Shown: positions 1 through 13,319, counted from the stretch's first letter. The stretch: DNA of 64,000 bases from Nemertoderma westbladi (GCA_032718475.1 JAUCBJ010002942.1:1-64000), one strand, 5' to 3'. Program-made: numbers and translations. Notes: a model not told the origin generated them from the sequence alone.

Positions 1-67
1 GAAGCAATCGAAACTAAATAAAGAAGTGATCAGTCTTAGGGAAGAAGTTAACTTAAAGGACAATAAG
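1..67 (+). CDS. LRRC45: LRRC45-like coding exon, 5' part outside the window; KQSKLNKEVISLREEVNLKDNK
   Basis: Frame from position 2 ends AAG|GTTAGC (GT at 68) and joins in phase 0 to the exon at 13320. The joined peptide is colinear with the recalled vertebrate LRRC45 segment [29 protein letters not shown]. Confidence 0.72.
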
Positions 68-3000
68 GTTAGCAACTCACTTAATAAGGAAGAAGTTAAC
101 TCCAAGAACAATAAGGTTAGCAACTCACTTAATAGGGAAGAAGTTAACTCCAAGAACAATAAGGTTAGCAACTCACTTAATAGGGAAGAAGTTAACTTAA
201 AGAACAATAAGGTTAGCAACTCACTTAATAGGGAAGAAGTTAACTTAAAGAACAATAAGGTTAGCAACTCACTTAACAGGGAAGAAGTTAACTCCAAGAA
301 CAATAAGGTTAGCAACTCACTTAATAGGGAAGAAGTTAACTTAAAGAACAATAAGGTTAGCAACTCACTTAATAGGGAAGAAGTTAACTCCAAGAACAAT
401 AAGGTTAGCAACTCACTTAATAGGGAAGAAGTTAACTTAAAGAACAATAAGGTTAGCAACTCACTTAATAGGGAAGAAGTTAACTTAAAGAACAATAAGG
501 TTAGCAACTCACTTAATAGGGAAGAAGTTAACTTAAAGAACAATAAGGTTAGCAACTCACTTAATAGGGAAGAAGTTAACTTAAAGAACAATAAGGTTAG
601 CAACTCACTTAATAGGGAAGAAGTTAACTTAAAGAACAATAAGGTTAGCAACTCACTTAATAGGGAAGAAGTTAACTCCAAGAACAATAAGGTTAGCAAC
701 TCACTTAATAGGGAAGAAGTTAACTTAAAGAACAATAAGGTTAGCAACTCACTTAATAGGGAAGAAGTTAACTCCAAGAACAATAAGGTTAGCAACTCAC
801 TTAATAGGGAAGAAGTTAACTCCAAGAACAATAAGGTTAGCAACTCACTTAATAGGGAAGAAGTTAACTTAAAGAACAATAAGGTTAGCAACTCACTTAA
901 TAGGGAAGAAGTTAACTCCAAGAACAATAAGGTTAGCAACTCACTTAATAGGGAAGAAGTTAACTTAAAGAACAATAAGGTTAGCAACTCACTTAATAGG
1001 GAAGAAGTTAACTTAAAGAACAATAAGGTTAGCAACTCACTTAATAGGGAAGAAGTTAACTCCAAGAACAATAAGGTTAGCAACTCACTTAATAGGGAAG
1101 AAGTTAACTTAAAGAACAATAAGGTTAGCAACTCACTTAATAGGGAAGAAGTTAACTCCAAGAACAATAAGGTTAGCAACTCACTTAATAGGGAAGAAGT
1201 TAACTTAAAGAACAATAAGGTTAGCAACTCACTTAATAGGGAAGAAGTTAACTTAAAGAACAATAAGGTTAGCAACTCACTTAATAGGGAAGAAGTTAAC
1301 TCCAAGAACAATAAGGTTAGCAACTCACTTAATAGGGAAGAAGTTAACTTAAAGAACAATAAGGTTAGCAACTCACTTAATAGGGAAGAAGTTAACTTCA
1401 AGAACAATAAGGTTAGCAACTCACTTAATAGGGAAGAAGTTAACTTAAAGAACAATAAGGTTAGCAACTCACTTAATAGGGAAGAAGTTAACTTAAAGAA
1501 CAATAAGGTTAGCAACTCACTTAATAGGGAAGAAGTTAACTCCAAGAACAATAAGGTTAGCAACTCACTTAATAGGGAAGAAGTTAACTTAAAGAACAAT
1601 AAGGTTAGCAACTCACTTAATAGGGAAGAAGTTAACTTAAAGAACAATAAGGTTAGCAACTCACTTAATAGGGAAGAAGTTAACTTAAAGAACAATAAGG
1701 TTAGCAACTCACTTAATAGGGAAGAAGTTAACTCCAAGAACAATAAGGTTAGCAACTCACTTAATAGGGAAGAAGTTAACTTAAAGAACAATAAGGTTAG
1801 CAACTCACTTAATAGGGAAGAAGTTAACTTAAAGAACAATAAGGTTAGCAACTCACTTAATAGGGAAGAAGTTAACTTAAAGAACAATAAGGTTAGCAAC
1901 TCACTTAATAGGGAAGAAGTTAACTCCAAGAACAATAAGGTTAGCAACTCACTTAATAGGGAAGAAGTTAACTTAAAGAACAATAAGGTTAGCAACTCAC
2001 TTAATAGGGAAGAAGTTAACTCCAAGAACAATAAGGTTAGCAACTCACTTAATAGGGAAGAAGTTAACTTAAAGAACAATAAGGTTAGCAACTCACTTAA
2101 TAGGGAAGAAGTTAACTCCAAGAACAATAAGGTTAGCAACTCACTTAATAGGGAAGAAGTTAACTTAAAGAACAATAAGGTTAGCAACTCACTTAATAGG
2201 GAAGAAGTTAACTTAAAGAACAATAAGGTTAGCAACTCACTTAATAGGGAAGAAGTTAACTCCAAGAACAATAAGGTTAGCAACTCACTTAATAGGGAAG
2301 AAGTTAACTTAAAGAACAATAAGGTTAGCAACTCACTTAATAGGGAAGAAGTTAACTTAAAGAACAATAAGGTTAGCAACTCACTTAATAGGGAAGAAGT
2401 TAACTCCAAGAACAATAAGGTTAGCAACTCACTTAATAGGGAAGAAGTTAACTTAAAGAACAATAAGGTTAGCAACTCACTTAATAGGGAAGAAGTTAAC
2501 TCCAAGAACAATAAGGTTAGCAACTCACTTAATAGGGAAGAAGTTAACTTAAAGAACAATAAGGTTAGCAACTCACTTAATAGGGAAGAAGTTAACTCCA
2601 AGAACAATAAGGTTAGCAACTCACTTAATAGGGAAGAAGTTAACTTAAAGAACAATAAGGTTAGCAACTCACTTAATAGGGAAGAAGTTAACTTAAAGAA
2701 CAATAAGGTTAGCAACTCACTTAATAGGGAAGAAGTTAACTTAAAGAACAATAAGGTTAGCAACTCACTTAATAGGGAAGAAGTTAACTCCAAGAACAAT
2801 AAGGTTAGCAACTCACTTAATAGGGAAGAAGTTAACTTAAAGAACAATAAGGTTAGCAACTCACTTAATAGGGAAGAAGTTAACTCCAAGAACAATAAGG
2901 TTAGCAACTCACTTAATAGGGAAGAAGTTAACTTAAAGAACAATAAGGTTAGCAACTCACTTAATAGGGAAGAAGTTAACTTAAAGAACAATAAGGTTAG

Positions 3001-3887
3001 CAACTCACTTAATAGGGAAGAAGTTAACTTCAAGAACAATAAGGTTAGCAACTCACTTAATAGGGAAGAAGTTAACTTAAAGAACAATAAGGTTAGCAAC
3101 TCACTTAATAGGGAAGAAGTTAACTCCAAGAACAATAAGGTTAGCAACTCACTTAATAGGGAAGAAGTTAACTTAAAGAACAATAAGGTTAGCAACTCAC
3201 TTAATAGGGAAGAAGTTAACTTAAAGAACAATAAGGTTAGCAACTCACTTAATAGGGAAGAAGTTAACTCCAAGAACAATAAGGTTAGCAACTCACTTAA
3301 TAGGGAAGAAGTTAACTTAAAGAACAATAAGGTTAGCAACTCACTTAATAGGGAAGAAGTTAACTCCAAGAACAATAAGGTTAGCAACTCACTTAATAGG
3401 GAAGAAGTTAACTTAAAGAACAATAAGGTTAGCAACTCACTTAATAGGGAAGAAGTTAACTTAAAGAACAATAAGGTTAGCAACTCACTTAATAGGGAAG
3501 AAGTTAACTCCAAGAACAATAAGGTTAGCAACTCACTTAATAGGGAAGAAGTTAACTCCAAGAACAATAAGGTTAGCAACTCACTTAATAGGGAAGAAGT
3601 TAACTTAAAGAACAATAAGGTTAGCAACTCACTTAATAGGGAAGAAGTTAACTCCAAGAACAATAAGGTTAGCAACTCACTTAATAGGGAAGAAGTTAAC
3701 TCCAAGAACAATAAGGTTAGCAACTCACTTAATAGGGAAGAAGTTAACTTAAAGAACAATAAGGTTAGCAACTCACTTAATAGGGAAGAAGTTAACTCCA
3801 AGAACAATAAGGTTAGCAACTCACTTAATAGGGAAGAAGTTAACTTAAAGAACAATAAGGTTAGCAACTCACTTAATAGGGAAGAAT
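35..3887 (+). repeat. 48-bp tandem array (~80 copies) spanning the exon/intron donor junction
   Basis: Unit AGGGAAGAAGTTAACTTAAAGAACAATAAG|GTTAGCAACTCACTTAAT. GT donors run from 68 to 3860 in 79 steps of 48 bp. Two main variants (TTAAAG/TCCAAG). Confidence 0.97.
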
Positions 3888-4049
3888 CCTTATAATCATG
3901 GAAGAATCATGATACCGGGCCTTTACCTAAATAAAACCTGTTGTTGGTGGACTGGCAGTGTAGCGTAGCAGTCGAATTGACGAAGTAAATGTGTTTTAAT
4001 TGTCAGATTGTGGAATATAAATAATATTATTACACAAGCAGTAAATGTT

Positions 4050-4589
4050 TTATCCATTTTCCTTCCTCTCTCTGTACTCCTTGGCCCATTTCTTTTTGTT
4101 CTCTGCGGACCTTTTCGTTTTCGCGGCCAGTTCCTCCTGTATCGACTCAACGTAGTTCGCCAGGTCCTCCTTTATCTCATCCTTCTTCCTAACAAAGTCG
4201 TCTCGCGAGCAGCTCTCACGATGACTCACTCGACTACGCGGGTTTAATTCGTCCTCAATAATCGGCATGAAGGGGACCAACACGGTCTTATAGATCCAAA
4301 AGGTGACGAGACCTCCCACAACCGCGGTCCACGCCGGTCCGGGGTCTAATCGCAGACGGTAGCCGGAGTAGGAGCGGAGTCGCCAACCATGGGGGCCTAG
4401 GAGCGTAATCGCCCCGTGTCTAAACAGCGCCCAGCACAGTTTCAGCGTCTGTCCCGGTGCCGTTCGCATCACATAGTGAGGAACCCCGTTTATAGTTTTT
4501 GCGACTAGTTGGTGTTCTATGTGCCCGAAGGGTGCCGGGTTCGAGGCCTTACCGAGTTTTTTGTGTAGATCAGTTTGTTTGGTAGGCAT
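4050..4589 (-). CDS. Unknown 179-aa single-exon ORF, antisense inside an LRRC45 intron; one predicted TM helix plus a charged helical C-terminus
   Basis: ATG-to-stop, non-repetitive, GC-balanced ORF with hydrophobic AWTAVVGGLVTFWIYKTVLVPFM. ATTAAA lies ~50 nt downstream on the minus strand. No family recognised. Confidence 0.4.
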   Translation of the reverse strand: MPTKQTDLHKKLGKASNPAPFGHIEHQLVAKTINGVPHYVMRTAPGQTLKLCWALFRHGAITLLGPHGWRLRSYSGYRLRLDPGPAWTAVVGGLVTFWIYKTVLVPFMPIIEDELNPRSRVSHRESCSRDDFVRKKDEIKEDLANYVESIQEELAAKTKRSAENKKKWAKEYRERKENG

Positions 4590-5549
4590 ATCGAGATAGG
4601 CTAATCAGCTAATGGTCTGATGGTAGATTGAAAACTCCGCTAGCCCTACTACATACTACAGTACTAACAATCTCTCAAAAATCTCTACAAATCGGTACCT
4701 ACATCTCGGTGTCTACGGCCTCTACATAACGGTACCGGTACCGGAACCGTACTAATAAGTTCAGAAGTTCGATCTTAAGTTAAGTCCAGGGCATGGACTA
4801 CTGAAGCAAGGACTGGTACACGGTAAATCATTTAGCTGTTTAGTTAACAGTTGGTCGCAACGACCTACCGGCCACCTTAATGTGCGGAACATCCTCGGGA
4901 AACTCTCGCCAGTCAGCCAGTGGGTCATACAGAAGACCGCATGGTGTCATTGGCAAGGCAATGCGGCCATCGAGTTACTAATAATCAAATTAATAGTTAC
5001 GGTCTGACGGTTGTGTGGCGAAATAAAATTGTTACAGACTACGTCGTCGGTACGTGCTACGCCGCTTCAGTGGATTACCTGAACTAGGCCTATCAGCCTA
5101 TCTATACCATATACATACAGATATATGCTGATATGGTACCAGTATACAGCTACCGGTACTCTACATTATTAAGAAATATTAAAATATAGAAAACAATACA
5201 TGAAAGCAACTGGTAAACGTGGTTGAAAAACTAATACCAAAAATAGATTCACCAAATTTTTTACCGCACTGCCCCAGGCAGGATGGGTATGTTTATCAGT
5301 TCAACTTCTATCAGCACCCAAAATAATGCAGTCAGAATGTCGTATTCTATTTAACTTGCTGTCGGCAGATCGGTGAGCAATGTACAAAGCATTGGCAACC
5401 CTGGGTTGCTAAAGGTGTCCTAGGTACCAAAAAAGTGACATGCTAGTGGGTTCTTCATCGGACGTATTCACCGTATGTGTCACAGTCAATGATAGACACA
5501 AATACCGTCTAACAATCAATAATAACATCTGATTGCTACAATAATTTCC

Positions 5550-8500
5550 GCCCATGTGAAGTTTCCCAGGATTCCCATTCCCAGCGAAAAAAAAAACACA
5601 TCGAAAAGGAATTTGGTCCATTCACTATCATTAGGCAATTCGACCATCTTCCCAAACAGTCTGGGAAACTTCACATGGGGTTTTTTTTGGTATTCACGTG
5701 CTGCGAGTGGGGGATGGTCTGTTGAACAGTCGGTCGGACGTTGAGTGAGAAGGTGGGTGGGTGGGAAGGGAAAAGGTGGGTGGGTGGGAAGATGGGAATG
5801 TGGGAAGGTGGATTGGAATGTGGGAATATGGGGTGGTGGATGGGAATGTGGGAAGGTGTGTGGGAATGTGGGAAGATGGGAATGTGGGAAGGCGGGTGGG
5901 AATGTAAGATGATGGGAATGTGGGGAGGCGGATGGGAATGTGGGATGGTGGCTGGGTGGGAAGATGGGAAGGTTCATGGCATTGTAGGAAGGTGGGAAGA
6001 TAGGAAGATGGATGTGAATGTGGGAAGGTGTGTGTGGATGTGGGAAGGTGGGTGGGAATGAGGAATGCGGGAATTTGGGAAGGTGGATGGGAATGTAGGA
6101 AGATGGGAATGTGGGAAGGTGGATGGGAATTTGGGAAGGTGGATGGGAATGTGGGGAGATCAGAATGTGGGAAGGTGGATGGCAATGTAGGAAGATGGGA
6201 AGGTGGATGGGAATGTAGGAAGATGGGAAGGTGGGTGAGAATGTAGGAAGATGGGAATGTGGGAAGATGGGAAAGTGGAAAGGTGGGAGGGAATGAGGAA
6301 GATGGGAATGTGGGAAGTTGGATGGGAATGTGGGAAGATGGGAATGTAGGAAGATGGGAATGTGGGAAGGTGGATGGGAAAATGGGAAGGTAGATGGGAA
6401 TGTGTGAAGGTGGGTGGGAATGTGGGAAGGTGGATGGGATTGTGGGAAGATGGTAAGATGGATGAGAATGTGGGAAGGTGGATGGGAATGTGGGAAGATG
6501 GGAATGTGGGAAGGCGGGTGGGAATGTAAGATGATGGGAATGTGGGGAGGCGGATGGGAATGTGGGATGGTGGCTGGGTGGGAAGATGGGAAGGTTCATG
6601 GGATTGTAGGAAGGTGGGAAGGTTGATGGAAATGTGGGAAGATGTGAATAACAATGTTATTGTTTGGATACACAAGCCCGTTGCTGTAACCTACTCCTTT
6701 CCTTAAATTGGTAGATAACAACACAACAACGTTTATTGTTTCGTTTAGAAAAGCCCGCCTCTGTAACCTGCTTCTCTCTCTCAATTGGTAACAATTTCGT
6801 TTATTGTTTTGGTTAGAAAAGCCCGTCTCTGTAACGTGCTCCATTCCCTCAATTGGTAACAACATCGTTTATTGTTTTGGTTAGAAAGAGCGTCCCTGTA
6901 ACCTGCTCCTTTCCCTCAGTTGGTAACAACATCGTTTATTGTTTTGGTTAGAAAGAGCGTCCCTGTAACCTGCTCCTTTCCCTCAATTGGTAACAACATC
7001 GTTTATTGTTTTGGTTAGAAAGAGCGTCCCTGTAACCTGCTCCTTTCCCTCAATTGGTAACAATATCGTTTATTGTTTTGATTAGAAAAGCCCGCCACTG
7101 TAACCTGCTCTTCTCCCTCAATTGGTGACAATATGTGGGAAGGTGGATGGGAATGTAGGAAGATGGGAATGTGGGAAGGTGGATGGGAATGTGGGAAGGT
7201 AGATGGGAATTTGGGAAGGTGGATGGGAATGTGGGGAGATCAGAATGTGGGAAGGTGGATGGCAATGTAGGAAGATGGGAAGGTGGGTGAGAATGTAGGA
7301 AGATGGGAATGTGGGAAGATGGGAAAGTGGAAATGTGGGAGGGAATGAGGAAGATGGGAATGTGGGAAGTTGGATGGGAATGTGGGAAGGTGGATGGGAA
7401 TGTGGGAAGATGGGAATGTAGGAAGATGGGGATGTGGGAAGGTGGATGGGAAAATGGGAAGGTGGATGGGAATGTGGGAAGGTGGGTGGGAATGATGAAG
7501 ATGGGAATGTGGGAAAGTGGATAGGAATGTGGGAAGGTGGATGGGAATGTGGGAAGATGGATGAGAATGTGGGAAGGTGGATGGGAATGTGGGAAGATGG
7601 GAATGTGGGAAGGTGGATGGGAATGTGGGAAGATGGATGAGAATGTGGGAAGGTGGATGGGAATGTGGGAAGATGGGAATGTGGGAAGGTGGATGGGAAT
7701 GTGGGAAGATGGATGAGAATGTGGGAAGGTGGATGGGAATGTGGGAAGATGGGAATGTGGGAAGATGGATGAGAATGTGGGAAGGTGGATGGGAATGTGG
7801 GAAGATGGGAATGTGGGAAGATGGGAATGTGGGAAGGTGGATGGGAATGTGGGAAGATGGATGAGAATGTGGGAAGGTGGATGGGAATGTGGGAAGATGG
7901 GAAGGTGGATGGGAATGTGGGAAGATGGATGAGAATGTGGGAAGGTGGATGGGAATGTGGGAAGATGGGAATGTGGGAAGGTGGGTGGGAATGTAGGATG
8001 ATGGGAATGTGGGGAGGCGGATGGGAATGTGGGATGGTGGCTGGGTGAGAAGATGGGAAGGTTCATGGGTTTCTAGGAAGGTGGGAAGGTTGATGGGAAT
8101 GTGGGAAGATGTGAATAACAATGTTAATGTTTGGATACACAAGCCCGTTGCTGTAACCTACTCCTTTCCTTAAATTGGTAGATAACAACACAACAACGTT
8201 TATTGTTTCGTTTAGAAAAGCCCGCCTCTGTAACCTGCTTCTCTCTCTCAATTGGTAACAATTTCGTTTATTGTTTTGGTTAGAAAAGCCCGTCTCTGTA
8301 ACGTGCTCCATTCCCTCAATTGGTAACAACATCGTTTATTGTTTTGGTTAGAAAGAGCGTCCCTGTAACCTGCTCCTTTCCCTCAGTTGGTAACAACATC
8401 GTTTATTGTTTTGGTTAGGAAGAGCGTCCCTGTAACCTGCTCCTTTCCCTCAATTGGTAACAACATCGTCTATTGTTTTGGTTAGAAAGAGCGTCCCTGT

Positions 8501-11500
8501 AACCTGCTCCTTTCCCTCAATTGGTAACAATATCGTTTATTGTTTTGATTAGAAAAGCCCGCCACTGTAACCTGCTCTTCTCCCTCAATTGGTGACAATA
8601 TGTGGGAAGGTGGATGGGAATGTAGGAAGATGGGAATGTGGGAAGGTGGATGGGAATGTGGGAAGGTGGATGGGAATTTGGGAAGGTGGATGGGAATGTG
8701 GGGAGATCAGAATGTGGGAAGGTGGATGGCAATGTAGGAAGATGGGAAGGTGGATGGGAATGTAGGAAGATGGGAAGGTGGGTGAGAATGTAGGAAGATG
8801 GGAATGTGGGAAGATGGGAAAGTGGAAATGTGGGAGGGAATGAGGAAGATGGGAATGTGGGAAGTTGGATGGGAATGTGGGAAGGTGGATGGGAATGTGG
8901 GAAGATGGGAATGTAGGAAGATGGGGATGTGGGAAGGTGGATGGGAAAATGGGAAGGTGGATGGGAATGTGGGAAGGTGGGTGGGAATGATGAAGATGGG
9001 AATGTGGGAAAGTGGATAGGAATGTGGGAAGGTGGATGGGAATGTGGGAAGATGGATGAGAATGTGGGAAGGTGGATGGGAATGTGGGAAGATGGGAATG
9101 TGGGAAGGTGGATGGGAATGTGGGAAGATGGATGAGAATGTGGGAAGGTGGATGGGAATGTGGGAAGATGGGAATGTGGGAAGGTGGATGGGAATGTGGA
9201 AAGATGGATGAGAATGTGGGAAGGTGGATGGGAATGTGGGAAGATGGGAATGTGGGAAGGTGGATGGAAATGTGGGAAGATGGATGAGAATGTGGGAAGG
9301 TGGATGGGAATGTGGGAAGATGGGAATGTGGGAAGATGGATGGGAATGTGGGAAGATGGATGAGAATGTGGGAAGGTGGATGGGAATGTGGGAAGATGGG
9401 AATGTGGGAAGGTGGGAATGTGGGAAGATGGGAATGTGGGAAGGTGGATGGGAATGTGGGAAGATGGATGAGAATGTGGGAAGGTGGATGGGAATTAGGG
9501 AAGATGGGAAGGTGGATGGGAATGTGGGAAGATGGATGAGAATGTGGGAAGGTGGATGGGAATGTGGGAAGATGGGAATGTGGGAAGGTGGGTGGGAATG
9601 TAGGATGATGGGAATGTGGGGAGGCGGATGGGAATGTGGGATGGTGGCTGGGTGAGAAGATTGGAAGGTTCATGGGTTTCTAGGAAGGTGGGAAGGTTGA
9701 TGGGAATGTGGGAAGATGTGAATAACAATGTTAATGTTTGGATACACAAGCCCGTTGCTGTAACCTACTCCTTTCCTTAAATTAGTAGATAACAACACAA
9801 CAACGTTTATTGTTTCGTTTAGAAAAGCCCGCCTCTGTAACCTGCTTCTCTCTCTCAATTGGTAACAATTTCGTTTATTGTTTTGGTTAGAAAAGCCCGT
9901 CTCTGTAACGTGCTCCATTCCCTCAATTGGTAACAACATCGTTTATTGTTTTGGTTAGAAAGAGCGTCCCTGTAACCTGCTCCTTTCCCTCAGTTGGTAA
10001 CAACATCGTTTATTGTTTTGGTTAGAAAGAGCGTCCCTGTAACCTGCTCCTTTCCCTCAATTGGTAACAACATCGTCTATTGTTTTGGTTAGAAAGAGCG
10101 TCCCTGTAACCTGCTCCTTTCCCTCAATTGGTAACAATATCGTTTATTGTTTTGATTAGAAAAGCCCGCCACTGTAACCTGCTCTTCTCCCTCAATTGGT
10201 GACAATATGTGGGAAGGTGGATGGGAATGTAGGAAGATGGGAATGTGGGAAGGTGGATGGGAATGTGGGAAGGTGGATGGGAATTTGGGAAGGTGGATGG
10301 GAATGTGGGGAGATCAGAATGTGGGAAGGTGGATGGCAATGTAGGAAGATGGGAAGGTGGATGGGAATGTAGGAAGATGGGAAGGTGGGTGAGAATGTAG
10401 GAAGATGGGAATGTGGGAAGATGGGAAAGTGGAAATGTGGGAGGGAATGAGGAAGATGGGAATGTGGGAAGTTGGATGGGAATGTGGGAAGGTGGATGGG
10501 AATGTGGGAAGATGGGAATGTAGGAAGATGGGGATGTGGGAAGGTGGATGGGAAAATGGGAAGGTGGATGGGAATGTGGGAAGGTGGGTGGGAATGATGA
10601 AGATGGGAATGTGGGAAAGTGGATAGGAATGTGGGAAGGTGGATGGGAATGTGGGAAGATGGATGAGAATGTGGGAAGGTGGATGGGAATGTGGGAAGAT
10701 GGGAATGTGGGAAGGTGGATGGGAATGTGGGAAGATGGATGAGAATGTGGGAAGGTGGATGGGAATGTGGGAAGATGGGAATGTGGGAAGGTGGATGGGA
10801 ATGTGGGAAGATGGATGAGAATGTGGGAAGGTGGATGGGAATGTGGGAAGATGGGAATGTGGGAAGATGGATGAGAATGTGGGAAGGTGGATGGGAATGT
10901 GGGAAGGTGAATGGGAATGTGGGAAGATGGGAATGTGGGAAGGTGGATGGGAATGTGGGAAGATGGATGAGAATGTGGGAAGGTGGATGGGAATGTGGGA
11001 AGATGGGAAGGTGGATGGGAATGTGGGAAGATGGATGAGAATGTGGGAAGGTGGATGGGAATGTGGGAAGATCGGAATGTGGGAAGGTGGGTGGGAATGT
11101 AGGATGATGGGAATGTGGGGAGGCGGATGGGAATGGGGGATGTGGCTGGGTGAGAAGATGGGAAGGTTCATGGGTTTGTAGGAAGGTGGGAAGGTTGATG
11201 GGAATGTGGGAAGATGTGAATAACAATGTTAATGTTTGGATACACAAGCCCGTTGCTGTAACCTACTCCTTTCCTTAAATTGGTAGATAACAACACAACA
11301 ACGTTTATTGTTTCGTTTAGAAAAGCCCGCCTCTGTAACCTGCTTCTCTCTCTCAATTGGTAACAATTTCGTTTATTGTTTTGGTTAGAAAAGCCCGTCT
11401 CTGTAACGTGCTCCATTCCCTCAATTGGTAACAACATCGTTTATTGTTTTGGTTAGAAAGAGCGTCCCTGTCACCTGCTCCTTTCCCTCAGTTGGTAACA

Positions 11501-13290
11501 ACATCGTTTATTGTTTTGGTTAGAAAGAGCGTCCCTGTAACCTGCTCCTTTCCCTCAATTGGTAACAACATCGTCTATTGTTTTGGTTAGAAAGAGCGTC
11601 CCTGTAACCTGCTCCTTTCCCTCAATTGGTTACAATATCGTTTATTGTTTTGATTAGAAAAGCCGGCCACTGTAACCTGCTCTTCTCCCTCAATTGGTGA
11701 CAATATCGTTTATTGTTTTGGTTAGAAAAGCCCGCCTCTGTAACCTGCTCCTTTCACTCAATTGGTAACAACATCGTTTATTGTTTTGGTTAGAAAGATC
11801 GTCCTTGTAACCTGCACCTTTCCCTCAATTGGTAACAATATCGTTTATTGTTTTGGTTAGAAAATCCCGCCTCTTTAACCATCTCCTCTCCCTCAATTGG
11901 TAACAATATCGTTTATTGTTTTGGTTAGAAAATCCCGCCTCTGTAACCTGCTCCTTTCCCTAGATTGGTAGGCAACAACATCGTTTATTGTTTCGTTTAC
12001 AAAAGCCCGCCTCTGTAACCTGATCCTTTCCCTCAATTGGGTAACAACATCGTTTATTGTTTTGGTTAGAAAGAGTGTCCTTGTAACCTGCACCTTTCCC
12101 TCAATTGGTAACAATATCGTTTATTGTTTTGGTTAGAAAAGCCCGCCTCTTTAACCATCTCCTCTCCCTCAATTGGTAACAATATCGTTTATTGTTTTGG
12201 TTAGAAATGCCCGCCTCTGTAACCTGCTCCTTTCCCTAGATTGGTAGGCAACAACATCGTTTATTGTTTCGTTTACAAAGGCCCGCCTCTGTAACCTGCT
12301 CCTTCCCCTCAATTGGTAACAATATCGTTTATTGTTTTGGTTAGAAAAGCCCGCCTCTGTAACCTGATCCTTTCCCTCTTTTGGTAGGTAAAAATAACGT
12401 CATTCCCATTTTCACACATTCCGATCTCGCTACATTCCCATCTTCCTACATTCCGTCTTCCTACATTCCCAGCCACCTTCCCACATTCCCATCTTCCCAC
12501 ATTCCCATCTTCCTACATTCCCACCTTCCCACATTCCCACCCACCTTTCGACTTCCATTCCCACTTCCCACATCCATCTTCCACATTCCCACCCACCTTC
12601 CCCATTCCCATCTTCCCACATTCCACTTCTTCCTACATTCCCACCCACCTTCCCACATTCCCATCTTCCCCATTCCCACATTCCCATTTCCCACCTTCCC
12701 CCATTCCCACATTCCCATCTTCCCACATTCCATCTTCCCACATTCCCATCTTCCCACATTCCCATCTTCCCACATTCCCATCTTCCCACATTCCCACCTT
12801 CCCACATTCCCATCTTCCCACATTCCCATCTTCCCACATTCCCATCCACATTCCCACCTTCCCACATTCCCATCTTCCCACATTCCCATCTTCCCACATT
12901 CCCATATTCCCACATTCCCATCTTCCCACATTCCCATCTTCCCACATTCCCATATTCCCACATTCCCATCTTCCCACATTCCCATCTTCCTACATTCCCA
13001 CCCACCTTCCCATCTCCCCACCTTCCCACCCTCCCACCTTCCTACCATCCCACCTTCCCACCGACCGACCGACCAACCGACCGACCGACCAAGCCACCTA
13101 TCCACGCCTTTAAACAAATGTTGACCCATTTTATTTCGACTTTCCTGGGCACTCTGGGAAAGTTCACATGGGCCATAATGTCCTAAGGAATTCCGTACAA
13201 GTATGCTGAACATTCTACTTCGGTTCAAGTATGCGACGCTGGTTTCGTAGATTTTTCGAAAAGCGTTTGATTTTGAATCGCCTACTTATT
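5550..13290. repeat. Foldback-like composite satellite: G-rich (GGGAATGT/GGGAAGAT) blocks alternating with a ~59-bp satellite in four ~1.5-kb higher-order units, closed by an inverted C-rich arm
   Basis: Marker GAATAACAATGTTA recurs at ~6645, 8113, 9720 and 11218. The C-rich mirror arm is 12400-13060. Motif CTGGGAAA(C/G)TTCACATGGG occurs at 5661 and ~13155 and inverted at 5551. Confidence 0.85.
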
Positions 13291-13319
13291 ATTAGGTTCT
13301 AATTTGTTTCCGCCTATAG

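Noticed and set aside
68-87. 20-nt GT...AG mini-introns within each 48-bp unit
   Set aside because: Too short for a typical animal spliceosome, and the resulting 28-nt micro-exons would shift the frame.
26-3895. 1289-aa ORF as a stand-alone repeat protein
   Set aside because: It starts at GTG inside an LRRC45 exon and is the read-through of the donor-spanning array, with no independent start.
5516-13228. Many His/Pro-rich and Gly/Trp-rich ORFs
   Set aside because: They are overlapping translations of simple G-rich/C-rich repeats in several frames on both strands.
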